Source: Pedobacter sp.
GTDB taxonomy: Bacteria > Bacteroidota > Bacteroidia > Sphingobacteriales > Sphingobacteriaceae
Reading direction: 5' to 3'
NCBI GenBank assembly: GCA_965219295.1
Contig: OZ244731.1
Coordinates: 2,296,236-2,360,235 of the forward strand
DNA: 64,000 nucleotides
Below the pieces are notes generated by a model. That model saw nothing but the letters and a program-made list of their open reading frames with translations. It made no database searches and had not been told where the DNA came from. How positions within the stretch are numbered: the first letter of the stretch is position 1; each line of letters begins with the position of its first letter. Shown in pieces: positions 1 to 8,277 of this stretch. A program made the translations under genes and the position numbers.

Positions 1-503
1 GCCAATTGGTTAATCTGTTCTGGAAAATCCCTAAAATTTTCTATATCCAATGTTAAGGCGTTTTTAAATCTACCCAACTGATGTTCATAGTTGGATCGCA
101 CATCTAAAATGATAACGTCTTCCTGATCTTTCATCGCCAAAAAGTCTTGCGGCTCTAAGTGCTTCCCAGTTTTCTCTACTGGGTTTATGATAGATGTATC
201 TCGTAAACCAGAGTGGACAATTTCTGTCTTATACCTACAGTGCATTTTAATGAAAGTAGGCTGATCCACCTCGTCTATTTTAAATTCCGTTTTTGCAAAG
301 CGTTCATCGGAATGAATGGATTTTATATAAGCATTACAATCAGTTAGTGTTCCAGATACAGTTCCGTTTAATCCTTCATCGGCCACAATAATGCGACCAA
401 CAAGATTTAAAGATTTGCAAAAGGCTAAGTGGTCGATGGCAAACTGCTCTGCATCTGCAATTGGCGAATAGCAGTAGTAAAGTAAAGTTAAGTATTTTTT
501 CAT
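1..503 (-). CDS. trhO: Rhodanese-domain tRNA U34 hydroxylase TrhO/YceA (UPF0176), partial; runs off the window start
   Basis: Manual translation from ATG at 503: MKKYLTLLYYCYSPIADAEQFAIDHLAFCKSLNLVGRIIVADEGLNGTVSG..., with the GRI...EG.NGT motif and a later GKHLEPQDF...VIILDVRS rhodanese start. Not in the ORF track. Confidence 0.85.
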   Translation of the reverse strand, partial: MKKYLTLLYYCYSPIADAEQFAIDHLAFCKSLNLVGRIIVADEGLNGTVSGTLTDCNAYIKSIHSDERFAKTEFKIDEVDQPTFIKMHCRYKTEIVHSGLRDTSIINPVEKTGKHLEPQDFLAMKDQEDVIILDVRSNYEHQLGRFKNALTLDIENFRDFPEQINQL

Positions 504-782
504 AATGCATTGATACCGCTGCAAACGGCGTTTAAGGCGTTACAAATTTACGAAAAAACGCTGAACGAAAAAGTGTTGTGATCGTCTTTTTGAGGTTTGT
601 TTCCAAAAAGGAGATACAAAGCGCGCTTTGTTTATAGGTACAGCAACGTGGCAAAAACGGTAGCACGAAGGTTATAGGCACCCAATCTCTTATCGTGGCT
701 CTTTATTTATTTAGTTGTTTATTCTAAGCCCTAATTTTTAGCCGGAGCCTTTCTAATTGTAACGAAATTTTGGCAAATCTTT

Positions 783-809
783 TGCAACAATTGCTCCTAG
801 CATGCGTTT
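783..809 (+). promoter_or_regulatory. Putative ECF-sigma promoter TGCAAC-N16-CGTTT
   Basis: TGCAAC at 783-788 and CGTTT at 805-809 with a 16-nt spacer, matching the AAC/CGT ECF promoter architecture. Confidence 0.55.
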
Positions 810-814
810 TGAAC

Positions 815-936
815 ATACTTTAGTTAATTCTAAGGTACCTCGAGCGGAGTAGTTAACCGCGACAAAGAGGTTCTTCATAAATAGTTTGTTTGGTTTAAAT
901 TCCGGTTACAGCTCCCAGCTGCGACCGGATTTTTTT
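815..936 (+). ncRNA. Candidate small RNA (~120 nt); 5' end estimated
   Basis: Bounded by an ECF-type promoter and a strong intrinsic terminator. The downstream gene has its own -7 promoter (949-956). No plausible + strand ORF. Confidence 0.5.
901..936 (+). terminator. Rho-independent terminator
   Basis: TCCGGTTACAGCT-CCC-AGCTGCGACCGGA stem followed by a T7 run. Confidence 0.8.
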
Positions 937-948
937 GCATCTTTTTTC

Positions 949-956
949 TACATTTG
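949..956 (+). promoter_or_regulatory. Bacteroidota sigma-A -7 element for pnuC
   Basis: TACATTTG matches TAnnTTTG. It overlaps the TTG used by the ORF track, so the ATG at 969 is the likelier start. Confidence 0.55.
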
Positions 957-968
957 CCAAACCCTACT

Positions 969-1568
969 ATGAATCAACTTATAAATTATTTTTTACAAAC
1001 TAGTTTATTAGAGTGGTGTGGAGTCTTCACAGGCATTTTATGCGTTTATCTTGCCGCAAAAAATATTATTTGGAATTGGCCAATAGCCATCGTTAGCGTA
1101 ATCATCTATATTTTTATTTTTTATGAGGCAAAGCTTTATGCAGATACTGGCTTGCAGGTTTATTTTTTAGTAATGAATATTTATGGATGGTACTATTGGA
1201 ATGAAGAGCGCAAAAGTGAAGCCGAGCCGCGACCGGTAAGTTCTATAAGACCAAAAGAAATCTTCCTTTCCGTATTAGGTGTGATTGTGTTTACGTTAAC
1301 ATTGGGATTTTACTTCCATCAGAAAACCGATGCAGCAGCGCCCTATTTAGACAGTTTTTGCACTGCAATAAGTTTAGTTGCACAGGTTTTTCTTGCCCGC
1401 AAGGTTATAGAGAATTGGCTTATGTGGATATTTGTTGATCTTATTTACATTGGCTTGTACATTTACAAGGGTTTGTACGCGACATCTGGCATGTATGCAT
1501 TGTACATTTACATTGCCGTTATGGGGTATTTAGAATGGAAAAGAACGTATCGTGAACAAACAAATTAA
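969..1568 (+). CDS. pnuC: PnuC-family nicotinamide riboside/vitamin transporter
   Basis: Multi-TM protein with WNWP, YGWYYW, DSFCTAISLVAQ and ENWLMWIFVD motifs. Confidence 0.85.
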   Translation: MNQLINYFLQTSLLEWCGVFTGILCVYLAAKNIIWNWPIAIVSVIIYIFIFYEAKLYADTGLQVYFLVMNIYGWYYWNEERKSEAEPRPVSSIRPKEIFLSVLGVIVFTLTLGFYFHQKTDAAAPYLDSFCTAISLVAQVFLARKVIENWLMWIFVDLIYIGLYIYKGLYATSGMYALYIYIAVMGYLEWKRTYREQTN

Positions 1569-2094
1569 AAAAATTGCAATCGTTGGACCAGAAAGCACCG
1601 GAAAATCTACCATTTCTGTAGCCTTAGCAAAACATTATCGAGTAGATTGGGTGCCAGAATATGCGCGTTATTATTGCGCTGCACTTACCCAACCTTGTAC
1701 GCTGCAAGATGAAGAAAATATGTTCTATGGTCAACTTGCGCTAGAAGATTCCGTGATTGCTACTACAGAAAAAGATTTTGTCATTTGTGATACCACATTT
1801 GTAACCGTAAAAATTTGGAGCGATGAAATGCTAGGCGAAACTCCAAAAGCTGTTTTAGATGCGCTTCCTAAAAGAACTTATGATTTATACCTTTTAATGG
1901 ATATAGATTTACCTTGGCAGGACGACCCATTGCGGGATTTTCCGCATAAGCGCCAATTTTTTATGGATGTTTGGCATAAAGAGTTGAAAGCGCTAAACGC
2001 AAATTATAAAGTTATAAGTGGTTTGGGAAATGAACGCTTGGAAAATGCGATTGAGGCGGTAGATGGGCTTTTGGTAAAAAACACAAAAAATTAA
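1552..2094 (+). CDS. NadR-type ribosylnicotinamide kinase / AAA_28 P-loop protein
   Basis: Walker A GPESTGKST, VPEYARYY and WQDDPLR motifs; overlaps the end of pnuC. Confidence 0.8.
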   Translation: MNKQIKKIAIVGPESTGKSTISVALAKHYRVDWVPEYARYYCAALTQPCTLQDEENMFYGQLALEDSVIATTEKDFVICDTTFVTVKIWSDEMLGETPKAVLDALPKRTYDLYLLMDIDLPWQDDPLRDFPHKRQFFMDVWHKELKALNANYKVISGLGNERLENAIEAVDGLLVKNTKN

Positions 2095-2187
2095 AACTCA
2101 CCAGAAATCACTTATAATTGTATTAAATACATCTTTCCTAAACTTTCGCGAATAGCAAGATAGTCTTCACCAAAAAATTTATAAATT

Positions 2188-2415
2188 ATGGAAGCAATAA
2201 ATATTAAAGCTTACACAGAAGATAGTTCTCAAATAGATGCAATTAAAGCATTTATGAAGGCATTGAAAATAAAATTCGAGCTCTCTAAAGAAGTTGAAAA
2301 GCCTTACGACGCTGAGTTTGTTGCTGAAATAAAAAAGGCAGATAAAGAATTTGCAGATGGTAAGGGCCTAAAAATGTCTATATCTCAATTCAAAGACTTA
2401 TGCAAATTGAGCTAG
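2188..2415 (+). CDS. Putative antitoxin (DUF2683-like)
   Basis: 75 aa with AIKAFMKALKIKFE and YDAEFV motifs; overlaps a downstream YoeB-like frame. Confidence 0.65.
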   Translation: MEAINIKAYTEDSSQIDAIKAFMKALKIKFELSKEVEKPYDAEFVAEIKKADKEFADGKGLKMSISQFKDLCKLS

Positions 2416-2657
2416 GTAGCAAGGCGAAGGAACATCTATTGTATTGACAAAACACTAGCAATACTTCAATTCTGAAAAAGATTGATAAGTTACTAGATTC
2501 AATTTTAGAAAACCCATATCAAGGTATCGGCAAACCCGTAGCTTTAAAGTATGATCTCGCGCCAAAATGGTCTCGCAGAATTGATAGAGAGCACAGATTT
2601 ATCTATCTTATAAAAGACGGTACGCTTTTTATCTATTCCCTGAGAGGGCATTATTAA
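2400..2657 (+). pseudogene. yoeB: Txe/YoeB toxin with a nonsense codon
   Basis: Manual translation MQIELGSKAKEHLLY*QNTS...PYQGIGKPVALKYDLAPKWSRRIDREHRFIY...SLRGHY*. In-frame TGA at 2445-2447. Confidence 0.85.
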
Positions 2658-2660
2658 TCT

Positions 2661-3590
2661 TTAATACTCCACCACTTCATATTTAAAACTTCCATCTTCA
2701 AAAAGATCGAAGTTGAAATAAGCGGGATTGAATTCTTGCAGTTTTCCCTTCCACCAGTTCCCGCTAACGGCGCCACAGTTAATGTATGTGGTATGCAGAT
2801 AATTTATTTCTTCTTGCAAATGTAAATGGCCAGACAAACAAAGCTTTACGTTCGGATAGTTTTTCAGCAACTCTTTAATTTTCCAGCTATCGCGATGAAG
2901 GAGAATACGGTCTGTAAGCTCTGTATATAGATCGCTTTTTTTACCCTCAAAAACATAGTTATAAACGGCAGAAAATAATGGCATGTGCGAAATAATTACT
3001 ATTGGTTCCGTTACCGGGATGTTTTTGAGGCTATTTTCTAACCACCTGAATTGTTCATCATCCAATCTAGCCTCATAACCTTTCGGATGTTGGTGTATGC
3101 TATCCAACACGATAAAATTCCAGTTTTTTTGTTTAAAACGATAATACCGATTGCTCATTTTCAGCTCTCTAAGTACTCTGGCTTTTCCGTAATCTGGAGA
3201 ATTTTTTATCGCGGCATCTGCGTTCATCCAACCATAAACATCATGATTGCCGATGGAGTGAAACATTGGTAGTTTATTTTCTGCTGCTACAATTTTATGC
3301 CAGGTTGCCCATTGCGCAGCAATGTTTTCTTCTGTTCGTTCTAAGCTATCGAAAATTGTATCGCCACCATTAATGATAAAATCTGGCCTGGTTGGTTGGG
3401 CGTTTATTTTCTTTATTGCTTTTGTAAATCCAGTGATAGCAACTTCAGTCGGTTCTAAATGCACATCAGTGATTAAAGCAAAAGAAAGTTCTGCCTCGGC
3501 CGATGAAATGGAGTTTGCCTTTAACAAATTAGGCAGAGTACTTAACGCTACAGACGACGCTCCAGCTTTTAAAAAATTTCTTCTTTCCAT
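2661..3590 (-). CDS. Calcineurin-like metallophosphoesterase, Tat-exported
   Basis: RRNFLK Tat motif; DVH, GGD, GNHD and GHLH metal-binding motifs. Confidence 0.85.
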   Translation of the reverse strand: MERRNFLKAGASSVALSTLPNLLKANSISSAEAELSFALITDVHLEPTEVAITGFTKAIKKINAQPTRPDFIINGGDTIFDSLERTEENIAAQWATWHKIVAAENKLPMFHSIGNHDVYGWMNADAAIKNSPDYGKARVLRELKMSNRYYRFKQKNWNFIVLDSIHQHPKGYEARLDDEQFRWLENSLKNIPVTEPIVIISHMPLFSAVYNYVFEGKKSDLYTELTDRILLHRDSWKIKELLKNYPNVKLCLSGHLHLQEEINYLHTTYINCGAVSGNWWKGKLQEFNPAYFNFDLFEDGSFKYEVVEY

Positions 3591-3666
3591 CTTCTTGAAA
3601 ACGGTTATTTAACAAACACCAATATCGCGCAAAAATATTTCTTTTATTTTATCTCGCAATATTTTA

Positions 3667-3674
3667 TACATTTG
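3667..3674 (+). promoter_or_regulatory. Sigma-A -7 element upstream of the TPP riboswitch
   Basis: TACATTTG just 5' of the aptamer. Confidence 0.6.
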
Positions 3675-3675
3675 C

Positions 3676-3860
3676 CCCATCATTAGGGGTGCCTTGTTTG
3701 TAAAACACAAAGACAGGCTGAGAACATACCCATTTTGAGGCGAAAGGTAAAAAGGCGAAAGGTAAAAGGTAATGCGTATGCAACAACCTTAAACCCTAAA
3801 CCTCTAAACCCTATTCCTTAAATGCACCTGATCCGGATAATGCCGGCGTAGGGATTGGAG
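3676..3860 (+). promoter_or_regulatory. TPP riboswitch carrying a ~90-nt inserted hairpin
   Basis: AGGGGTGC...GGCTGAGAACATACCC, then an insert at 3732-3823, then ACCTGATCCGGATAATGCCGGCGTAGGGA. A downstream GCGTA-CCCC-TACGC hairpin can alternatively pair with the aptamer 3' end. Confidence 0.9.
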
Positions 3861-3926
3861 TTATGGAAGTTTAACTAAAATTGGGCGTACCCCTACGCGC
3901 AATGGGTTTAACTAAAAAACAAAACA

Positions 3927-6362
3927 GTGAAAAAATTTAATTTAATGGCTTTAGCAGCCATGTTTTTGCCTTGCTTTGCCATGGCACAGTTTGTGGTGAG
4001 CGGAAAAATAACAAATGGAAACAAACCTATTAATGGCGCTACAGTAAAAATCGGGAATCGGACCGCATCCTCGAATCAAGAGGGAAACTATCGTTTTGAA
4101 AACATCCCGAAAGGAACGAAAACACTAAAAGTAAGTTTTGTTGGTTTTCAAAACATTTTAAAACAAGTTGATGTAAATTCAGACATCACCCAAAATTTTG
4201 ATTTGAAAGAACAGGTTTATCTTGCCGAAGATGTAATCGTTCGAGCAACCCGAGCAAATGACAAATCGGCAACGACCTACAAAAACATTAGCAAAAAAGA
4301 CATCGAAGAAAATAACTTCGGACAGGATTTGCCTTTTATTTTGCAGAATACGCCTGGAGTTGTCGTAACTTCTGATGCCGGTGCAGGCGTGGGTTATACC
4401 GGAATTCGCATCCGCGGAAGCGATAATAGCAGAACAAATGTTACCGTAAACGGTATACCGATTAACGATAGCGAGAGCCAAGGTACTTTTTATGTCAACA
4501 TGCCCGATTTCGCCTCTTCGGTGAACAACATCCAGATCCAACGAGGCGTTGGAACTTCAACCAATGGCGCAGGTGCTTTCGGTGGAAGCTTAAATATTCA
4601 AACCGCCAGTGGAGAATTAGAACCTTATGCTGAAGTGAATAATACCTACGGTAGCTTTAACACTTGGAAAAACACAGTGAAAATCGGCACTGGCTTGATT
4701 AATAATAAGTTCAGTTTTGATGGTCGGCTTTCTAGAATTAGTAGTAATGGTTATGTAGATAGAGGTGCTTCATTGCTAAAGTCTTACTTCCTAACGGGCG
4801 CATATCAGGGAAATAAAGATTTGCTTCGAGTAAATATTTTTTCCGGACAAGAAAAAACCTACCAAAGTTGGAATGGAATTCCCGAATCTAGATACAATAA
4901 TGATCTTGCAGGCATGCAAGCGTACATAGACAGAAATGGCTTAGGCCCTGAAGATGCGGCAAACTTGCTAAACTCCGGCATCAGGTATAATAGTTTTACC
5001 TACAACAATCAAACAGACAACTACAATCAAAGCCACTTTCAGTTGCTTTACGCGAGGCAGATTTCCAACCAATTTTCTTTTAATGGCGCTTTACATTATA
5101 CTAAAGGCGCGGGATATTACGAGGAATATCGCCCAGAGGATAAACTTAAAAACTACGGATTAAATCCAGTGATTACTGGGAATGATACAATCAATACAAC
5201 AAACCTAGTTAGAAGAAGATGGCTTGATAACGACTTTTATGGACTGACTTACGCCTTTAATTATGCACCAAAAAAAGCTCTTAACTTTACTTTGGGGGGT
5301 GCATATAACCAGTATTCTGGTGCACATTACGGGCAGGTAATTTGGTCAGAATATGCCAGTAATGGAAGTATCGACAGGCACTATTACGATAATGAAGGAA
5401 ATAAAAATGATTTTAATACCTACTTAAAAGCCAACTACAGTCCTTTAGAAGCGTTAAGTTTATTTGTTGATTTACAATACCGTAGGATAAATTACACCAT
5501 CAGGGGAACCGAAAATAAATTGAATAGTTTGGACATCAAAGACAACTTAAACTTCTTTAATCCAAAAGTGGGAGCCACATATTTTATCAATGCCGAGCAA
5601 AATGTTTATGCATCATTTAGTGTGGCCAATAAAGAGCCAAATAGAGATGATTATGTAGACGGAGATGCCAATGCTTTTCCGAAATCAGAACATTTGAATG
5701 ATGTAGAAATCGGCTACAGATACAAAGCTGCAAAGCTGAATATAGGCGCAAATGTGTATGAAATGTTTTATAAGAATCAGTTGGTAGTTACTGGAAAAAT
5801 TAACGATGTCGGCGCAAACTATCGTCAGAATGTGGATAAGAGTTATCGCCTCGGAATAGAACTAGACGGTTCTTATCAAATTAACAAACAATTTGCCCTA
5901 AATGCAAATGCTGCAATTAGTCGAAATAAAATAGAAAACTTCACTGAATACATAGATGATTATGATAATGGCGGACAGATAGTAAATAATTATGCACTCC
6001 CAGATATTTCCTATTCTCCAAATGCGGTAATGTTTGGCGAGCTGGTTTACAAGCCAACAAAAGGTTCTGGAATCGCAATCCAAAGTAAATACGTAAGCAA
6101 ACAGTATTTAGATAATACGCAGAATGATGCGAGAAAGTTGGATGGATACTGGGTCAATAACGTCCGTTTGGGTTATGACTTTAAGGTCTTTAACTTAAAA
6201 AACTTCAATTTAGGTTTATTGGTTAACAATCTTTTCGATAAGAAATATGCAAGCAATGGTTACACCTACGGTTATTTCTATGGCGGCGCTTTAACTACCG
6301 AAAATTTTTATTATCCACAAGCAGGAAGAAATTTTCTTTTAAATTTGAATGTGAAGTTCTGA
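3927..6362 (+). CDS. TonB-dependent receptor, probably thiamine uptake
   Basis: Signal peptide, CarboxypepD-like N-domain, plug motif RGSDNSRTNVTVNG, C-terminal F; lies under a TPP riboswitch. Confidence 0.9.
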   Translation: MKKFNLMALAAMFLPCFAMAQFVVSGKITNGNKPINGATVKIGNRTASSNQEGNYRFENIPKGTKTLKVSFVGFQNILKQVDVNSDITQNFDLKEQVYLAEDVIVRATRANDKSATTYKNISKKDIEENNFGQDLPFILQNTPGVVVTSDAGAGVGYTGIRIRGSDNSRTNVTVNGIPINDSESQGTFYVNMPDFASSVNNIQIQRGVGTSTNGAGAFGGSLNIQTASGELEPYAEVNNTYGSFNTWKNTVKIGTGLINNKFSFDGRLSRISSNGYVDRGASLLKSYFLTGAYQGNKDLLRVNIFSGQEKTYQSWNGIPESRYNNDLAGMQAYIDRNGLGPEDAANLLNSGIRYNSFTYNNQTDNYNQSHFQLLYARQISNQFSFNGALHYTKGAGYYEEYRPEDKLKNYGLNPVITGNDTINTTNLVRRRWLDNDFYGLTYAFNYAPKKALNFTLGGAYNQYSGAHYGQVIWSEYASNGSIDRHYYDNEGNKNDFNTYLKANYSPLEALSLFVDLQYRRINYTIRGTENKLNSLDIKDNLNFFNPKVGATYFINAEQNVYASFSVANKEPNRDDYVDGDANAFPKSEHLNDVEIGYRYKAAKLNIGANVYEMFYKNQLVVTGKINDVGANYRQNVDKSYRLGIELDGSYQINKQFALNANAAISRNKIENFTEYIDDYDNGGQIVNNYALPDISYSPNAVMFGELVYKPTKGSGIAIQSKYVSKQYLDNTQNDARKLDGYWVNNVRLGYDFKVFNLKNFNLGLLVNNLFDKKYASNGYTYGYFYGGALTTENFYYPQAGRNFLLNLNVKF

Positions 6363-6368
6363 GGAAAA

Positions 6369-6403
6369 GATATGAGAAGTGAGATTTGAGACGATAGACT
6401 AGA
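6369..6403 (+). repeat. Heptamer-period array (mostly GAnnnGA, 5 units)
   Basis: GATATGA GAAGTGA GATTTGA GACGATA GACTAGA. Confidence 0.55.
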
Positions 6404-6467
6404 TGGAAGATGCAGGAAAAGATTTGTAAAATTCAAATTATCTATAATAACTAATTGTTAACCAAAC

Positions 6468-7112
6468 ATGTATAGATACATAGAAAGATTTCAGTTTATA
6501 ACACATGATGTTCCACACCGCAGCCATGTAGAACAGGCGCAATTGGCTTGTGAAGCTGGCGCAAAATGGATTCAGTACCGTTGTTTAAGCAAAGCTGATG
6601 AAGAACTGCTTGCAGACATAAATGCTATTGCCGCTATTTGCGACGATTGGGGAACCACTTTAATAGTTACCGACCATGTTCATTTGGCCGGAAAGGCAGA
6701 CATTCAAGGTTTCCACATAGAAAATATGGACGCAGATTTTATCGCTTTGCGAAAAAAATTAGGAAACGATTTAACACTCGGCGGCTCTTCAAATACGTTA
6801 GAAAATCTACTTCGAATGGCAAAAACCGGAGCAGATTACTTCGGGTTTGGGCCATTCGCCAAAACCAATACCAAGCCAAATGATCATCCATTTATAACTC
6901 TTTCAGATTATAGAAGTGCGGTAGAAAAGTTTAAAGAATTAAATCTCGACCTACCTATTTTTGCTGTGGGTGGTGTGGAATTAAAAGATGTTCCAATCCT
7001 TATGGAAACAGGAATTTATGGAATTGCAGTTTCGCATGCGATAAATTTTGCCGATGATTTTGCCGATGAGTACGATGCTTTCTCCGCTGCTGTAAAGCTT
7101 AATAAAACTTAA
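6468..7112 (+). CDS. thiE: Thiamine-phosphate synthase family (ThiE/TenI-like) protein
   Basis: GAKWIQYR, ADYFGFGPFAKTNTK, AVGGV and GIYGIAVS motifs; several canonical residues are altered. Confidence 0.7.
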   Translation: MYRYIERFQFITHDVPHRSHVEQAQLACEAGAKWIQYRCLSKADEELLADINAIAAICDDWGTTLIVTDHVHLAGKADIQGFHIENMDADFIALRKKLGNDLTLGGSSNTLENLLRMAKTGADYFGFGPFAKTNTKPNDHPFITLSDYRSAVEKFKELNLDLPIFAVGGVELKDVPILMETGIYGIAVSHAINFADDFADEYDAFSAAVKLNKT

Positions 7113-7128
7113 AGCTTCGGCGATAAAT

Positions 7129-8061
7129 CTAAAGTTCCACCACATTTCTCTTTTTTTTGTTTTTCATGTGCTTCGGGATGGTCTCTAAAATTTCTCCCTT
7201 CACTAAATTTAGCATCCTCTGCTTAATAAAATTCTTATGTGTAACCAAACTAATTTCCCTCACCGGTTCTGGGGCTTTAAAAGTGCGAAGTCTATTTTTC
7301 TGTTTACCGGTTAATTCCTCCGCGCCAAGCTCTGGCAATAAAGTAGCTCCGCCGTTTAAATCAACCATCCTTACCAAGGTTTCTACGCTACCAGTATTAT
7401 ATTCTAAACCTTGCAAACGGCTGTTTTTTGTTGACCTGCAAATACTTAACACCTGATTTCGCATGCAATGTCCTTCATTCAATACCCAAACATTTTCCTC
7501 ATTCAAATCTGCTGCATCGATAAACTTCTTTTTATATAAATTGCTTCCCTTATTTAGGTAGCCAACAAAATTTTCATAATAAAGTACGTGCTCTACAATG
7601 TTTGCATCGGTCAGCGGTGTTGCTAAAATTCCACAATCGAGAATACCGGTTTTAAGCTGAGCGATAACCTCTGCGGTAGTATATTCCCAGATCATCAATT
7701 TCAATCCTGGGTATTTTGCTAAAACATTTGCAATTACTTTCGGCAATAAATATGGTGCAACAGTTGGAATTACACCAATTTTAAACTCGCCAGAAACTTC
7801 TAGTTGTTGTGCATTTATCAACTCTTTAACTTTGCCTGCTTCTTGTAAAATAGCTCTTGCTTGCGCTATAATTTGCACGCCAATTTCTGTGGGATTAATT
7901 GGCTGCCTGCTCCTATCAAAGATTTTAACATTTAACAAATCTTCTAACTTTTGCACTTGCATACTTAAAGTTGGCTGCGTAACAAAACACTTCTCTGCGG
8001 CCGAAACAAAACTTCTGTAAGTATCTACTGCAACAATATATTCTAACTGAACTAAAGTCAT
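7129..8061 (-). CDS. oxyR: Hydrogen peroxide-inducible LysR regulator OxyR
   Basis: LysR HTH (FVSAAEKCFVTQPTLS) and the redox pair GHCMRNQVLSIC. Confidence 0.9.
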   Translation of the reverse strand: MTLVQLEYIVAVDTYRSFVSAAEKCFVTQPTLSMQVQKLEDLLNVKIFDRSRQPINPTEIGVQIIAQARAILQEAGKVKELINAQQLEVSGEFKIGVIPTVAPYLLPKVIANVLAKYPGLKLMIWEYTTAEVIAQLKTGILDCGILATPLTDANIVEHVLYYENFVGYLNKGSNLYKKKFIDAADLNEENVWVLNEGHCMRNQVLSICRSTKNSRLQGLEYNTGSVETLVRMVDLNGGATLLPELGAEELTGKQKNRLRTFKAPEPVREISLVTHKNFIKQRMLNLVKGEILETIPKHMKNKKKRNVVEL

Positions 8062-8277
8062 ATAGGTAAAATCAATTTATATTTTCAAAGTTATCAATTT
8101 AGACTATGAAAGCAAATTCCAAAAAATAGTTAGCTGAAAAATTTAGGGTAAGGCATAATTTACGCCGACCTATTTTAGCTTTGTTGAACTTAAAAGATCA
8201 TTGTTATTTTTTTTACGCGATTTTTGGTGTAAGATTTTTATGCTAATTTTGATTTCTTTAATCGACATTACAACACA

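Noticed and set aside
753-878. 41-aa ORF on the - strand (MKNLFVAVNY...)
   Set aside because: No family motif, signal peptide or upstream promoter, and its leader is the antisense of a terminator. Not fully excluded.
815-936. Riboswitch/attenuator controlling pnuC (e.g. NAD+-II type)
   Set aside because: No aptamer motif recognised, and pnuC has its own -7 promoter downstream of the terminator. An independent sRNA fits better, though a cmscan is still needed.
2445-2447. TGA read as Trp (alternative genetic code)
   Set aside because: Many intact genes here end in TGA (e.g. the TonB receptor and trmB) and use TGG for Trp.
8062-8277. OxyR autoregulatory site in the oxyR/trmB divergent gap
   Set aside because: ATAG/CTAT-like pieces are present, but I could not fit the spacing convincingly in AT-rich DNA.
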